This document shows positions 1 to 12,954 of a stretch of 64,000 bases of DNA, in pieces. Positions within the stretch are counted from its first letter, which is position 1; every line of letters starts with the position of its first letter. The notes below the pieces were generated by a model. It saw nothing but the letters and a program-made list of their open reading frames with translations, made no database searches and was not told the DNA's origin. This stretch comes from Chrysomallon squamiferum (lineage: Eukaryota > Animalia > Mollusca). The position numbers and the translations under genes are program-made. Where the stretch lies: NCBI GenBank assembly GCA_012295275.1, contig CM022670.1:14694001-14758000 (forward strand), in the 5' to 3' direction.

Positions 1-59
1 AGATTAGTTTGTTTAAAGGAAAGTTAGAGTCACTCACTATTGCAGTTTTTCTGTTTCAG

Positions 60-957
60 TGGGATATTGTGTGTAAAAAAATGGAGCTAATAGCCGTAAG
101 CACAATTGTCAAATTGACGACTGGAAAGTGGGAAAATCTGTCAGATCTGAAAGATGTGTACACCAAAAAAATCTTCAACATTCCCCAGGTATGGCAATCA
201 TTACATAATCAATAATTAGAATAGTTATTATCTTCTTTTAATAATTAAATTTGTATTTAATTTCATTATCATCTCATTTTGATTTTAATAACTTTCATAT
301 GTTTAATTTTATTATTACCTTATTTTAGTTTCAGTAGATTTCATTTATTTAATTTTATTATTATCTTATATTAATTTTAATAGATTACATTTTATTAATT
401 TCATTTTTGCTAATCTATAAAACAGGTTTTTATGAATTTTATTTTCCTTTATAAAACATGTTGGACTGTTTGTTTTAGTTCATGCAAAAATATTTCCGAA
501 CATAGTTCTGTTCTTTCAGTAATTATGAACAACACTGAAATAAAGTGAAACATTTTCAAATATTTCACACTGTGTTATTCACACCCCAGATAGTCTTTTT
601 TTTTTTTTTTTTTTTTTCATTAATGTAATTATGAAGAATGCTGAAATAAAGTGAACCATTTTAAAAGTGTTGACGTTGTTGTAGGGTGCACACAGATGGA
701 GTAGTGATCTGTTTTTTGGAAACCAGTGAGTGGCCTGTCTCAACAACTGCATCATTCAACTGTGTACAGCCATTCCAGACAAGTAATACATACATTTAAC
801 TTCACATTTCACCAGCCTAAATATTACTAAATAAATGACTATTATATTGAATTTAATTTAGATAACTAATAGGTATGTTCCATAGAAATAATTTTGTTGT
901 GATTATTTCTATAATACTTACATACATACATACATGCACATATATTCATACATAGAT

Positions 958-1014
<57 letters not shown>

Positions 1015-4000
1015 AATACATATATGCAGCCAGATATACTCACACATACATAAAATTATACATACATATCAATACATACACATATTATTACATAACATAA
1101 ATACACTCACAGACATACAAAAAAACACACACATACATACATGTGTGTATATGTGTGTGTTTACGTGTGTGTGTGCACATATATATAGGTGTTTTTTTTG
1201 TGTGCGTGTTATTTTTTGCACACTATAAAATGATGTGCTAAATGTTTTGTCTGTAGTAATTAAGTATAACGAGTATAATCATGTTACAGACTGGCAGTTA
1301 CAGAAGAAATGCTCAAACCTCTGCTAGAAGGTCTGAGTCTGGAGCAAGCCATTCAAGACAAACGTTTGTTTCTGTGTGACTACGAAATCCTTACTGGAAT
1401 ACCCTGCAAAGAAGACTTCATTGTAAGCTTGGAGTCATTTCTTAGTAAACTTCATAGAGATAGATCTCTTCAGACTTCGTAGAATATATAGTAAACATAT
1501 TAAGAGTTGATCATTTCTAAAGGATTTTATTTTGATAAAAGAGAAATGACAAGTTTTATTCTTGAAAAGCAGTTCTTCATTATAAAATTATTTTATTTCA
1601 TTTAAACTGTCAAAAATCTTGCACTGATAACAAACAGTTCAAGAAAATCTACAAAATTAATAATATTTAAACTACCTGTTACTTCTATAATACTTTATTT
1701 TCTTAGAACATTTATAATAAATAAATAAATAAACGAATAAATAAATAAATTAATTAATTAATTAATTAATCCATAATGATAATAATAATCTTTAAACAAT
1801 TCATAACTTTGCCTATTACTTTGAATTCGTAGAATCTAATAATCATATAATATTGTTTAACATAATACAATAGAGTAAGTTATTTAAAGATCTTTGTTTT
1901 TACAAAGTAATAATACATACAAACAAATCTTCAAATCACTTAATATGTTAAGCAGTTATTTAAATGCATGTACATGTGTTTGTGTTGTTGTGGATGTGGA
2001 TGTAGATATTACTTTGTTTAAATACAAATTATGTTTAGTTGCTGTTTTGTTTTTCTCATCCAGTGTCCCGATCCTATTGGTCTGTTTTTTCTGAATGGAA
2101 ACAAGAGACTGGTTCCCATAGCAATCCAGCTGTTCCAGAAACCTTCCCAAGACAACCCTGTATGCATCTCTTCTCAGTTTTAATCACCTCATCTTTTTAA
2201 TATGTTTATATCTGATTGAATCATTTTACAGTTAAAACAGAAATACAGAACTATATTTTTAAATAGTGACCAACAGTCTAGAAGTTTTGATAGTGCTAGA
2301 GTTTCTAAAAATATTTTATTTTGAAATAAGTATTTATTATCTTAGTATTTCTAAAACAGTATATTGTAAAACTCTTAAAATGTACTTTGAAACAGTCATT
2401 AATTATGTTAGCATTTCTTTCCCTGCTAATGTTGGCACAAACTAAAGATCAGGATGTTGTTACTGCATCAAGGTAATTTTGTTATCTAGCACTGATAGAA
2501 AAATTAGGAGGAATTTAACATTGAAAATAACAGTCTTCTGCAATTTTATGCAAATTATGACATATAATATTTAAAAACAATTGTTTTAAATTCAGAAATG
2601 AACTGCATTTAATTTGGTATTGAAGAAAAAAACATTGCCAATTTAATGTAAATCCTGAGACACTGATTTCATAAACAGTTCTTTTAACTTCAGAAATGAA
2701 TTGTATTTAGTTCAATACTGAAAATAACAGAGTGGTGCAGTTTAATATAAACTTACATCATATTGTATCCATATCTGTTTTAAGTTCACAAACAAAAACG
2801 ATATTTTGTATATACGTGTAATAATAAACTTCTCGATTCCTTTCAGGTTTTCTTGCCAACTGATCCACCGAACACCTGGGCTATAGCTAAAATGTGGTTT
2901 AATCTTGCAGACTCTTCTATCCACCAGTCACTCACTCATTTAGGTTTGTCACTTTTCTTAGTCTGAATATTCACCTACATCTGTAAACAACAGCTGTGTA
3001 CATCACTTGTATACAATGCAGCTGACATGTCAGAACAAAATGACAGACCGTTTGTAATTATCTAACGTGTTCTCCAGTGAGTTAGAATTTGTATCAGAAT
3101 CAGTATTTTAATTTGTAACTTTAACCATTTTCAGTTTTCTGGCACTGTTTGGTTTGTCAATACATCTTAGTATTAAAAAAATTCACCTCAATATTGGTGT
3201 TGCTGGCCATATTAAACCCTCACAAAACTGTACCTATCCAACTGCAGATTATACCATCATGATTTTTTATTTTTTATTTTTAAAATTAATCTCTATTTTA
3301 ATATCTAGAGATGTGTTTTCAGATATAGCTGGGCATGGGCTATTTTATACTTAGAGGTATATTGGACTATATTCTGTAGACAGAATTTTATCTTGAGCTT
3401 TTTTATGGTCGTTGGGAATATATATATATATTTTTTTAATAAATGTTTACTTGTAGCAGATTGTAGGAAAGTTTATAATTTAGATAAATTTAATACCAGG
3501 CTGCCAATTTGAAATTATGCAAGTTAGAAAGACAGTACTCTGTTTTGGAAAGAATCAGCATTTTTTTTTGTCATAAGTTAAAATTTCACTTCTTTTTTTT
3601 ATATTTATTTTGATTTTCTCATTAAATCTATAACTATCATTTTCATTTGATACTTTCTCTGGATTTTTTTTTTTTTTTTTTTTTGTATGTCCTGCATTTA
3701 CATGTAACTACATATTTTCTTTAAGTGAAAATGAATATGAGAGGACACCAAGTTACAAACATTTATTCATTTTGAACTTTTCAAATGCAGGTTCTGCACA
3801 TTTGTTGATGGAGGGTGTAACCATGGCAACCCACCGAAACTTGTCCCAATCTCATCCGGTTTTTGATATTATGCAAGTTAGAAAGAATACACTGATATGT
3901 AAAGACAGTACTCTGTTTTGGAAAGAATCCGCATCTTTTTGTCATAAGTTAACATTTCACTCATTTTTTTTATTTTTATTTTTATTTTCTCATTAAATCT

Positions 4001-5353
4001 ATAACCATCATTTTCATTTGATACTTTCTCTGGATCTTTGTTTTGTATGTTTGTATCTCCTGCATTAACATATGACTACATATTTTCTTTATGAGAGCAC
4101 ACCAAGTTACAAACATTTATTAATTTTGAACTTTTCAAGTGCAGGTTCTACACACTTGTTGATGGAGGGTGTAACGGTGGCAACTCACCGAAACTTGTCC
4201 CAATCTCATCCAGTTTTCAAATTACTAGCTCCACATTTTCTCTACCTGATTGCCATTAACAGGTAACATTCATATCCTTGTGTGTGTGTGTGTATGTGTG
4301 TGTGTGTATGTGTGTATATATATATATGTATGTATGTATGTGAGTATATATGTCGGTGTTTGTGTGTGACTGTGTGCGTGTCCCGAATTTCTTGATGATA
4401 AATTTTTATAATTTACTGTTCAAGAAAATACATCCAGCATCATAAGATATATCACACATAAATAGCCATTCTGTACGACAAAATATATCAGAGAATGAAA
4501 CCTTCAATCCATTTTATTTCAAAGTTTTCAGTTAAATTAAAAATAGCTGAATATTTCTGTGTTTTGTTGTTTTTCAGTCAAGGTCTGCAGACACTCATCT
4601 CACCAAATGGCTGGGTGGACAAAGCGATGAACATTGGAAGAAAAGGAATGTTCTATCTAATACATAAAGGGTAAATATTTTATTTATTTTCCTTGGATTA
4701 TAATTAATACCTATTCATGCTATATAAACAGAAATAACAAAAACCAGTGATAATAAATAATTACATACACTCACATACATATACAAATACATGTATGCAC
4801 ACATATACATAAATATTTATATAAAGAGAAAGAAAAATATATTTTTTTTATGTATGTACGCATATGTACCTATACAATCATACATTTTCTTTCATTTTAA
4901 TTCTAGAATAGTCTCAAAGTGAGGTATAAGATTCATAATTGTGTACTGTGCCTACTAATCTGTGAGAAATATGAAGAAACTTTGATTTGCTGTTGTTTTT
5001 TAAATTTATTTATTTATTTATTTATTCATGGGTATCATTTTATTTTTTATTAACAATTTTGAGCAATAATATCTCAGTCCATTTTAATATTAATAGTCTA
5101 ACACAGATTCATGACTGAGACAAATGATCGTACTCCGATTGTTTTTATATTTCACTTCATTAATAATTCATAAAAAAAAAAAAAAAGAAAAAATAAATAA
5201 TTTTAAAAATATATAAATAATATAATAATATTAAGAAAAACAACAACGGTAATAATAATAATAATCATCCTTCCTAGATATACATGAGTGATAGTTTGGT
5301 ATGAATATTTCCAAATTCAGTTATAGGATAGAGGTGTGTTTTTTATTTATATA

Positions 5354-5407
<54 letters not shown>

Positions 5408-7568
5408 TGATTATTATTATTATTCTTGTTGTTGCTGTTGCTGTTGTTGTTGTTGTTTTCAGTCCTTTTTTATGTTTATTGGTTGTTGTTTTTTTCAGCA
5501 TTCATTGCTTTTGTAATACGTGTTTTCTTAAACCTCATTAACAATTCTTGGACTATAGAGTTGTCTTTTTTTTTTTTTTTTAAGATTTATTTTTGATGTG
5601 GTGTCTAAACAACAGCAAACATGTTCTTAGTTTTTCTTTAAGGAAACACTAGGAAATAGTAAAATACGTTTATGTGTGGTAGAGCAGTTTTCCAGTGACT
5701 CACTATGTTGATTGTTGCAGGTTGGCTCAGTGGAGAGTGGATGTACAGGGCACTCTCCCAGAGGAACTGAAAAGTCGTGGAGTAAGTTTCATTTACACTA
5801 GAACAGAAACCCGCTTTAATTTTGATAGTTAAAAAATATATGTATTTATAAATATAAATTTGTTTTAAAACAGTACTAATAAAACAGTATTTTAAACAGC
5901 ACTACTAAAATATATATTTGTATTTTTAAATAGTACCAATAACAATACATTAATATTTTAAAATAACTAATAAAAATGCATTTATATTTTAAAAAGGTAT
6001 TACAAAACATTTATTAATATTTTAAAATAGCACTAATATAATACATTTATTTTTTTAAATAGTATTAACTGAAATACATTTATATTTATAAATAATTTAA
6101 AAAATACATTTATGTTTTAAAATAATGCTAATAAAAATACCTTTGATTCAAAATAACCAAAGAAAATAAATATATTTTTTAAAATACATGACAAAAATAC
6201 TTATCATTAATAAAAATACATGACAAAAATACTCATCATTAATAAAAATACATTTATCTTTTATAATAACTAATAAAATATATATTTACATGTGCATTTA
6301 AAAATTAATAATGATAAAAGTTGCATTTATGTTTTAAAATAAGAACAATACATTTATCTGTTAAAATAACACAAATAAAAATATTTTAAAATAACACAAA
6401 TAACGTTTCATATACAAGGATTGTTAATCATTTTTTATTTGAAAGGCATGTAAACAGAATAAGAAATAAATTACAGTTTTATAAAATAACTGTAATTACT
6501 GAAAATAACCTTTTAATAAGTTGTAGCTATTTAAAATAATGTATTTATATCTTGTCCTAGAGAACAGTCTTGTATAAGAAATTAACACTTAATCAGTTTA
6601 TATCTGTACAGAGATAAAATTCAGAGTGTTTGATGATTTGGTTTATTTCAGTTTACAGACTCCAGCATTCTGCCAGGATACCATTTCCGTGATGATGCCT
6701 TGCTTCTGTTTGAATGTATTGACAAATACGTCAGAAATTACATCAGTCTATATTACAGTAAGAAAATATTGCATGCAGTCTGGCAACACATTTTTGACTG
6801 GATGTACCTTTTTTTTAATTTTTGACTATTCTCGTTTGAAACACGTATAACATTCTGTTGACACAAGAAAGTAGAAGATGGTCATGTATATAAATGTATA
6901 AACATGTTTCCAACCAGAATAAATAAAAATATATAGATTTTCCTTTACAAATCTGATTACCTACTCCAAAAATATGGAGAAAATAAAAGTAGAATACGTT
7001 GCAAATTAAAACAATAAAAGGCTTGACTGCCACTAGGATCTTCTCATTTTTTTCGATTTCTCTAAAGAGCAGAAGTCTACACTTATTTGGATGTTGTTAA
7101 ATATGTGCCTGAGATAAATTTTCACACAAAATTACTTTCTTTCTCAAAAAGCTTAAAGGAACAAAATATGAAATGAACCATTATAATGTCAAGAACTTCA
7201 ACAATTGTTTAAAAATTAGGTTATAAGTTTACAATACATGAACAGCTGAGTCAAACTGTTATTTATTTAATTTATTCAGAGAAACCCTCGATGATTGAAG
7301 GGGACTGGGAACTGCAGGCCTGGGGCAGTGAGCTGGTGCAGGAGAAAGAAAAAGGCGGGGTCGGTTTACTGGTCTGTATTTAATACTTCTTATAACATTT
7401 TTGTTAATGTTCAGTTGAATCAGAATCTAAATATTGGTTTCTCTATAGTGGATTTCTACTGGTATATATATTAATATTTTTAAAATTTCATGTTTATCAT
7501 AAAATTATCCCAGTAATAATAAATAAATAATAATAATAAAAAATGTTATAAATATAAATAAAGCTACA

Positions 7569-7604
<36 letters not shown>

Positions 7605-9777
7605 AAAATAAAATAAATAATACGTATGTTTTAGGCAAGATAATGTTACGAATAATGGTAGAAGGTAAGAAACGCATATATTAAGAATTAACATCCATGT
7701 TTGTTGTTGACTGTTTTTTCATGGCTTTTTGATAAAAACTAACATTTTGCTTCTTCTAATAAGATCTAAATTAGTTCAAACATGTTTTGTCTGAAAACAC
7801 ACACACAGAGAAAGACAGACACACGAACACACACAAATACATACACACACATAGAATAACTGTAATAAGTATGTTTTACTGTTACAGCTGAGTACGTCTT
7901 AACATGTGTTTTATAATTAAATATAACAAAGAGCCTTCAAATAATTTAAATAATAAATAGTAATAACTAGCGTCTCAAATAGGAAAACAACAATCACATT
8001 CTGTTTACTTCATCCATGATATTAATTAGAACATTTACATGTTTGAAATATTGTTGGATTGTCTATTGCTAGGCTTTCTAACTAATAAAGATTAACATAA
8101 TAATTAATATTTTTAAATTATTGGATGACTGCTTATACGCGAATAGAGAAATTAGTTCTAAACATTTTTTTTAGCTAATTATTTTCTGCAACAAAATTTC
8201 TGGATATGATATGCAGTGTTATAATATTGAGAATTTTAACATTTGCTTAAAAATAACAATAAATGTAATAGGATACAATTTTATTATTAGAAATTACAAA
8301 CAAAATGTGATTAAAAATAATTTGTTGTTGAATTTGAAGTTTTATGTGATAAACTGAGCATCCTGTATTGTATTGGATAATAAAATATATATAAATTGTA
8401 TGTGTTTTAATGAAAGGAATTTCAAAACTGAAAAGTTTTGAAAGTAAACTGAAACATATTGAATTGCACTGAAATGTAACATTCATAAATTGCTTTTGAT
8501 TTCAGGGAGTACCAAACAATGGGAAGTTTAAGACAGTGGAGGATATAGTGAAGATGTGCAGAACAATTGTGTACACGTGCAGTGTGTCCCATGCCGCATC
8601 TAATTTCCAACAGTACGAAGAGTACGGGTTCCCACCTAACTACCCCAGTTACTTGAGAGGACTGCCACCCAAAGACAAGGTGACACAGTCATTAAATGAT
8701 TTCTGTGGAATATACCTATCAGAATACAGATCATTTCCACACACACACACATTCATTAGTTTCTTTATCTTTTAAAAATATTATTACTTTTTTTTACTAT
8801 TATTAATGTTTCGTATGTTGAGATGTTTGGTTTTCTAAATGTCAAAAAACAGACATATTCTGAATTCTAACTCACGAAATAAAAATAAAATTTATTTTTA
8901 CTTACGCTTATTAAATTCTGTCCGTGTAAATAATAATCATATTTTATTAATGCTTGTTCTGTACGAAGTCTTTATAATTATCTAGGTAAAACAAAAGAAA
9001 AACAAACACATCTGAATATCTTTTTTATGTGTGTTGAACATTTTTTTCTTTCGACAAATTACTAGTTTTTATTTGGAATTATTTCGTTGAGTATTGTTTA
9101 ATATTTGACTTGGCAGTCTGCACTGACAGAACACGATATCATAGGCTATCTGCCTGACAAACCAATCACTCTGGAAGTGATGGTTATTACCAAGATCCTG
9201 AGTGGTCGGGGAACAAATAGTATCGGGGACTTTGAGGTGCAGTACATCTTTGACCGAAAAGCTCGAGACATTGTGGATGAGTAAGTTGTTAAAATTTACT
9301 GTGTGTGTAAAACTGTTGTGAGATCATCAAAAAAATATACATCTAAAACAACTTAAAACCTTAAATTATTCTAACAAACAGATAGCATTCTTTGGTTATT
9401 TTTATTACTGATTTCAGGATGCATAAATCACAAAACAGTCAACATCATTAGTATTCCCTGAAACTGTTTTAATCATGGTTCTTGCTTGTGTTTGAACCTT
9501 GAATAATTGATTATTGACATTAGTGGTTTAAAAAAAAAAAAAAAAAAAATTGGGATTATAAATGTCAGAAATAAATCAGTAAAATGTAAGTAACACACTG
9601 CATGATTATCAGAGTACTCCTATTGATCCTGTATACAGAGTTGTTTCTGTACTCAATTTCAGATTTAGAAAAGATCTTCGCGAAGTTAGCAAGATTATCA
9701 AAGAAAGAAACAAGAGCAGGAATCCTCAGTTCCCATACCTGGACCCAGATGTTATTCCCAACTCCATCAGCATTTAA
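60..9777 (+). CDS. Lipoxygenase LOX-A (animal-type PUFA/arachidonate LOX), 5'-partial, 13 exons; in-frame TGA at 727-729, so possibly a young pseudogene
   Basis: GT-AG exons in consistent phase: 60-188, 685-782, 1290-1422, 2064-2159, 2847-2943, 4145-4262, 4578-4670, 5721-5781, 6652-6757, 7280-7371, 8506-8679, 9117-9280, 9663-9777. Motifs WSSDLFFGNQ, PIAIQL, WAIAKMWF, HQSLTHLGSTHLLME, GYHFRDDA, HAASNF and C-terminal IPNSISI* match the LOX iron-ligand pattern. Confidence 0.92.
3508..4224 (+). repeat. Tandem duplication (~354-bp period) of intron, acceptor and 5' part of LOX-A exon 4145-4262
   Basis: 3508-3861 aligns with 3862-4215; the truncated exon copy at 3791-3864 reads GSAHLLMEGVTMATHRNLSQSHPVF. 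Confidence 0.9.
5860..6410. repeat. Degenerate AT-rich tandem repeat (~33-bp unit) in a LOX-A intron
   Basis: Recurring variants of tactaataaaaatacatttatattttaaaatag. Confidence 0.6.
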
Positions 9778-9829
9778 CAGCATCCTGAAAATACATGTGC
9801 TGCATAGTACTGAGAACAGTGAAATGAAT

Positions 9830-10795
9830 AAGATACTGAAAACACACAGACATGTATAATATACTGAAAATACATAGACATTTATAATATACAGAAAATA
9901 TAATGACATGTATAATATACTAAAAACACACTAACATGTATAATATACTGAAAACACACAGACATGTATAAGATAATAAAAACACAATGACATGCATAAT
10001 ATACTGAAAATACACAGACACGTACAATATACTGAAAACACACAGACGTATAATATACTGAAAATACACAGACACGTATAATATACTAAAAACACACTAA
10101 TATGTATAATATACTGAAAACCCACAGACATGTATAAGATAATAAAAACACAATGACATGTATAATATACTGAAAATATACAGACACGTACAATATACTG
10201 AAAACACACAGACGTATAATATACTGAAAATACACAGACATGTATAATATACTGAAAATACACAGACACGTATAATATACAGAAAATACACAGACATGAA
10301 TAATATACTGAAAATATAATGACATGTATAATATACAGAAAATACACAGACACGTATAATATACAGAAAATACACAGACACGTATAATATACAGAAAATA
10401 CACAGACATGTATAATATACAGAAAATATAATGACATGTATAATATACAGAAAATACACAGACATGTATAATATACAGAAAATACAGACATAATATACAG
10501 AAAAATATACAGTAAAAAATATAACAGACATGTATAATATACAGAAAATACACAGACATGTATAATATACAGAAAATATACAGACATGTATAATATACAG
10601 AAAATATACAGACATGTATAATATACAGAAAATACACAGACATGTATAATATACAGAAAATACACAGACGTGTATAATATACTGAAAACACAAAAATGTA
10701 CAATATACTGAAAACACACACACATGTATAAGATAATAGAAACATACTGACATGTATAATGTACTGAAAACGCAGATGTACAATATACTGAAAAT
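9830..10795. repeat. 28-bp minisatellite directly after the LOX-A stop codon
   Basis: Unit acacagacatgtataatatac(a/t)gaaaat, more than 30 copies; variant blocks recur at a ~166-bp offset (9921 vs 10087). Confidence 0.95.
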
Positions 10796-11720
10796 CTCAA
10801 ACACAGCTGTATAGCAATTTTTATCGGATTTCTGGGCTTCATTTTTGTTTATTTATTTATTCATAATAGGAAAACAATTTTTGTTTTAAATTTATATTAG
10901 AAAAATATCTCTATACTCTTTCTAATTTTTAAATATTTTCAATGCCTGAGTATTATATTTAATAAATATTTCACGTCGGTAATTTCCACCTTTTAAAAGT
11001 CTGATCATTATATGCTGATGTTGCATAATAAGAAATCACTGCCTGTAAAATTGTTAGCTTTAGTCAAATTTTTAAAATTTAAAGATATTTGTAAATAAAG
11101 ATGAGTTTTGCATGACACTGTAGCGTGTTAGGGAGAAGAAGAGTTCGAGTGGAAAATTATCTTTGTTTATTTCTTACGTTTTTCATTAAATTAGTATTTT
11201 CATTTCAGTTTATTATCTAGTTCACTAGTGCAAACAAAGTTTTTATTTGCTTTGATATTCATTTGCCTTCTTGTTTTTTTATTTAAGTCTTTTTAGTTTA
11301 AATTTTTAAATTTTTATTTCTTATATTAAAATAAATAAACACCCACATACACAGACATGTATATCTATGTATTTATCTATCTATATTTATATTTAATGCA
11401 TTATCTTTTAAACTAAAATAATATTACATATTTCCTAAGTAACAATCTTTTAATCAATGGCTTTTATTTTGCGTGTTACAATCTTATAATTATTGCAGGT
11501 ATTTTATTTTTATTTTCATTGTTATTCCCTTTTGAAATTATTTTCTAAAATCTGTTACCAAAACAATACATTTGGCATCTTTCAGAGAGGAAACAGTATT
11601 TTTCTTGTTGTTTATTTTTTTATTTTATTTTTTTTATTTTATTTTTTTTGTTTTGTTTTGTTTTATTTTATTTTATTTATTATTATCATAAAAAGGATAT
11701 TTATTATTTACTCATTTATT

Positions 11721-11728
<8 letters not shown>

Positions 11729-11799
<71 letters not shown>
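11729..11799. repeat. (ATT)n microsatellite
   Basis: Direct reading. Confidence 0.95.
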
Positions 11800-12720
11800 G
11801 AACAACAAGTAATTTTTCTGAAGGTTGCGTATTAGTTTACAAATCAAAATATATATTTTTTTGCTTACATATGTATTTTCTTAATAATTTCTATTTTCTA
11901 AACTGTGGTGCATGGGTTGATATAATGAACCCAGTGTTGCTTTAAAATTTTAATTGTTTCACAAAGTACTAATGACAATACATTTATATTATTATCATGC
12001 ACATTTATCTTTTAATTAAATAAAATAAAATATATTTAAAAATTCATGTTTGTGTTTTGTTTTTTTTTTTTTAATGATTTGGGTGTTTTGGTTGGTTTTT
12101 TTAATCATTTGGGTATTAAGATTTTTATCTTAATATTTGTTCTTTGTTTTATTAGCAACTAGAATTTAGGTGAAAAAAAAATAAGCTCTGTTTTTCATTT
12201 TAGTCATTCATGGGGATTTTAAAAAAAAAACAAATTCTGCTCTGCTCACCATTAAAGTTCTATGGTATCATACCTTGCATGTTAAACTGATGCCAATTTT
12301 TCAAATGAGGACAAAAAGTATGATTGATTACACTGAATATAATGAAAACCATACATAAGATCACAGCAAATTTTATAGTTTTCAAATAAATGATAAATGT
12401 GATACATGGGTACCAAGCAAAAGTCAAAGAACATTTATATGTTTTTTTAATCATCTTCTTTATTTATTGCGTTTGTGTCTTTTTTCGTTCTTTATTTGTT
12501 TTTTGTTTTTTTTATTCAATATAATTCTCGTGAAGAAGTGTTTACGCTGAACTTCACACATTTAGCACGCATCGATACAGTATGTTATAGAACTATCTAA
12601 CGTCAACCTGAGTTACTCAGACGGTCCCCTTGATTTGGATCTACCTGAACCGTGGTTTGTTACGAACGAAACCAAGGGAGGGGCTTATTACTATCTGACG
12701 CCCGATGTAGTTTTCTTCAG

Positions 12721-12790
12721 CAATCTGATTGGCTGAAATAAATAAAAGAATGTGTAGGCTGTCTCGTGCAAATAGGTGTTCCGGAAGTAA
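12721..12790 (+). promoter_or_regulatory. Putative promoter of the FREM2-like fragment (CCAAT box and ETS site)
   Basis: ATTGG at 12728-12732 and CCGGAAGT at 12781-12788 in a CpG-richer patch upstream of the coding fragment. Confidence 0.45.
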
Positions 12791-12954
12791 CTGTGAGAGG
12801 TCGTGCGTAATGCGATGCATGTTATGTCAAATGGATAGGTATGGCACTGGTGGTAGCTTTCTCAAAGTCTTTGTGTTGAGAAGACAGGGAGTACTTTCTC
12901 TCTGCAGCAGATCTCTGTGAAAGTTCGCACCCCGAACATGCTGGCCAGGCGTAG

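Noticed and set aside
727-729. Selenocysteine or stop readthrough at the LOX-A TGA
   Set aside because: The position is not a known catalytic Cys, I saw no SECIS-like stem after the stop, and the context is not TGA-CTAG; a CGA-to-TGA change is simpler.
9565-9909. ORFs 9565-9909 (-) and 9602-9859 (+)
   Set aside because: Antisense or off-frame shadows of the last LOX-A exon and the adjacent repeat.
9931-10842. Three long overlapping minus-strand ORFs (219-303 aa)
   Set aside because: They are translations of the 28-bp minisatellite, open in several frames with no domain content.
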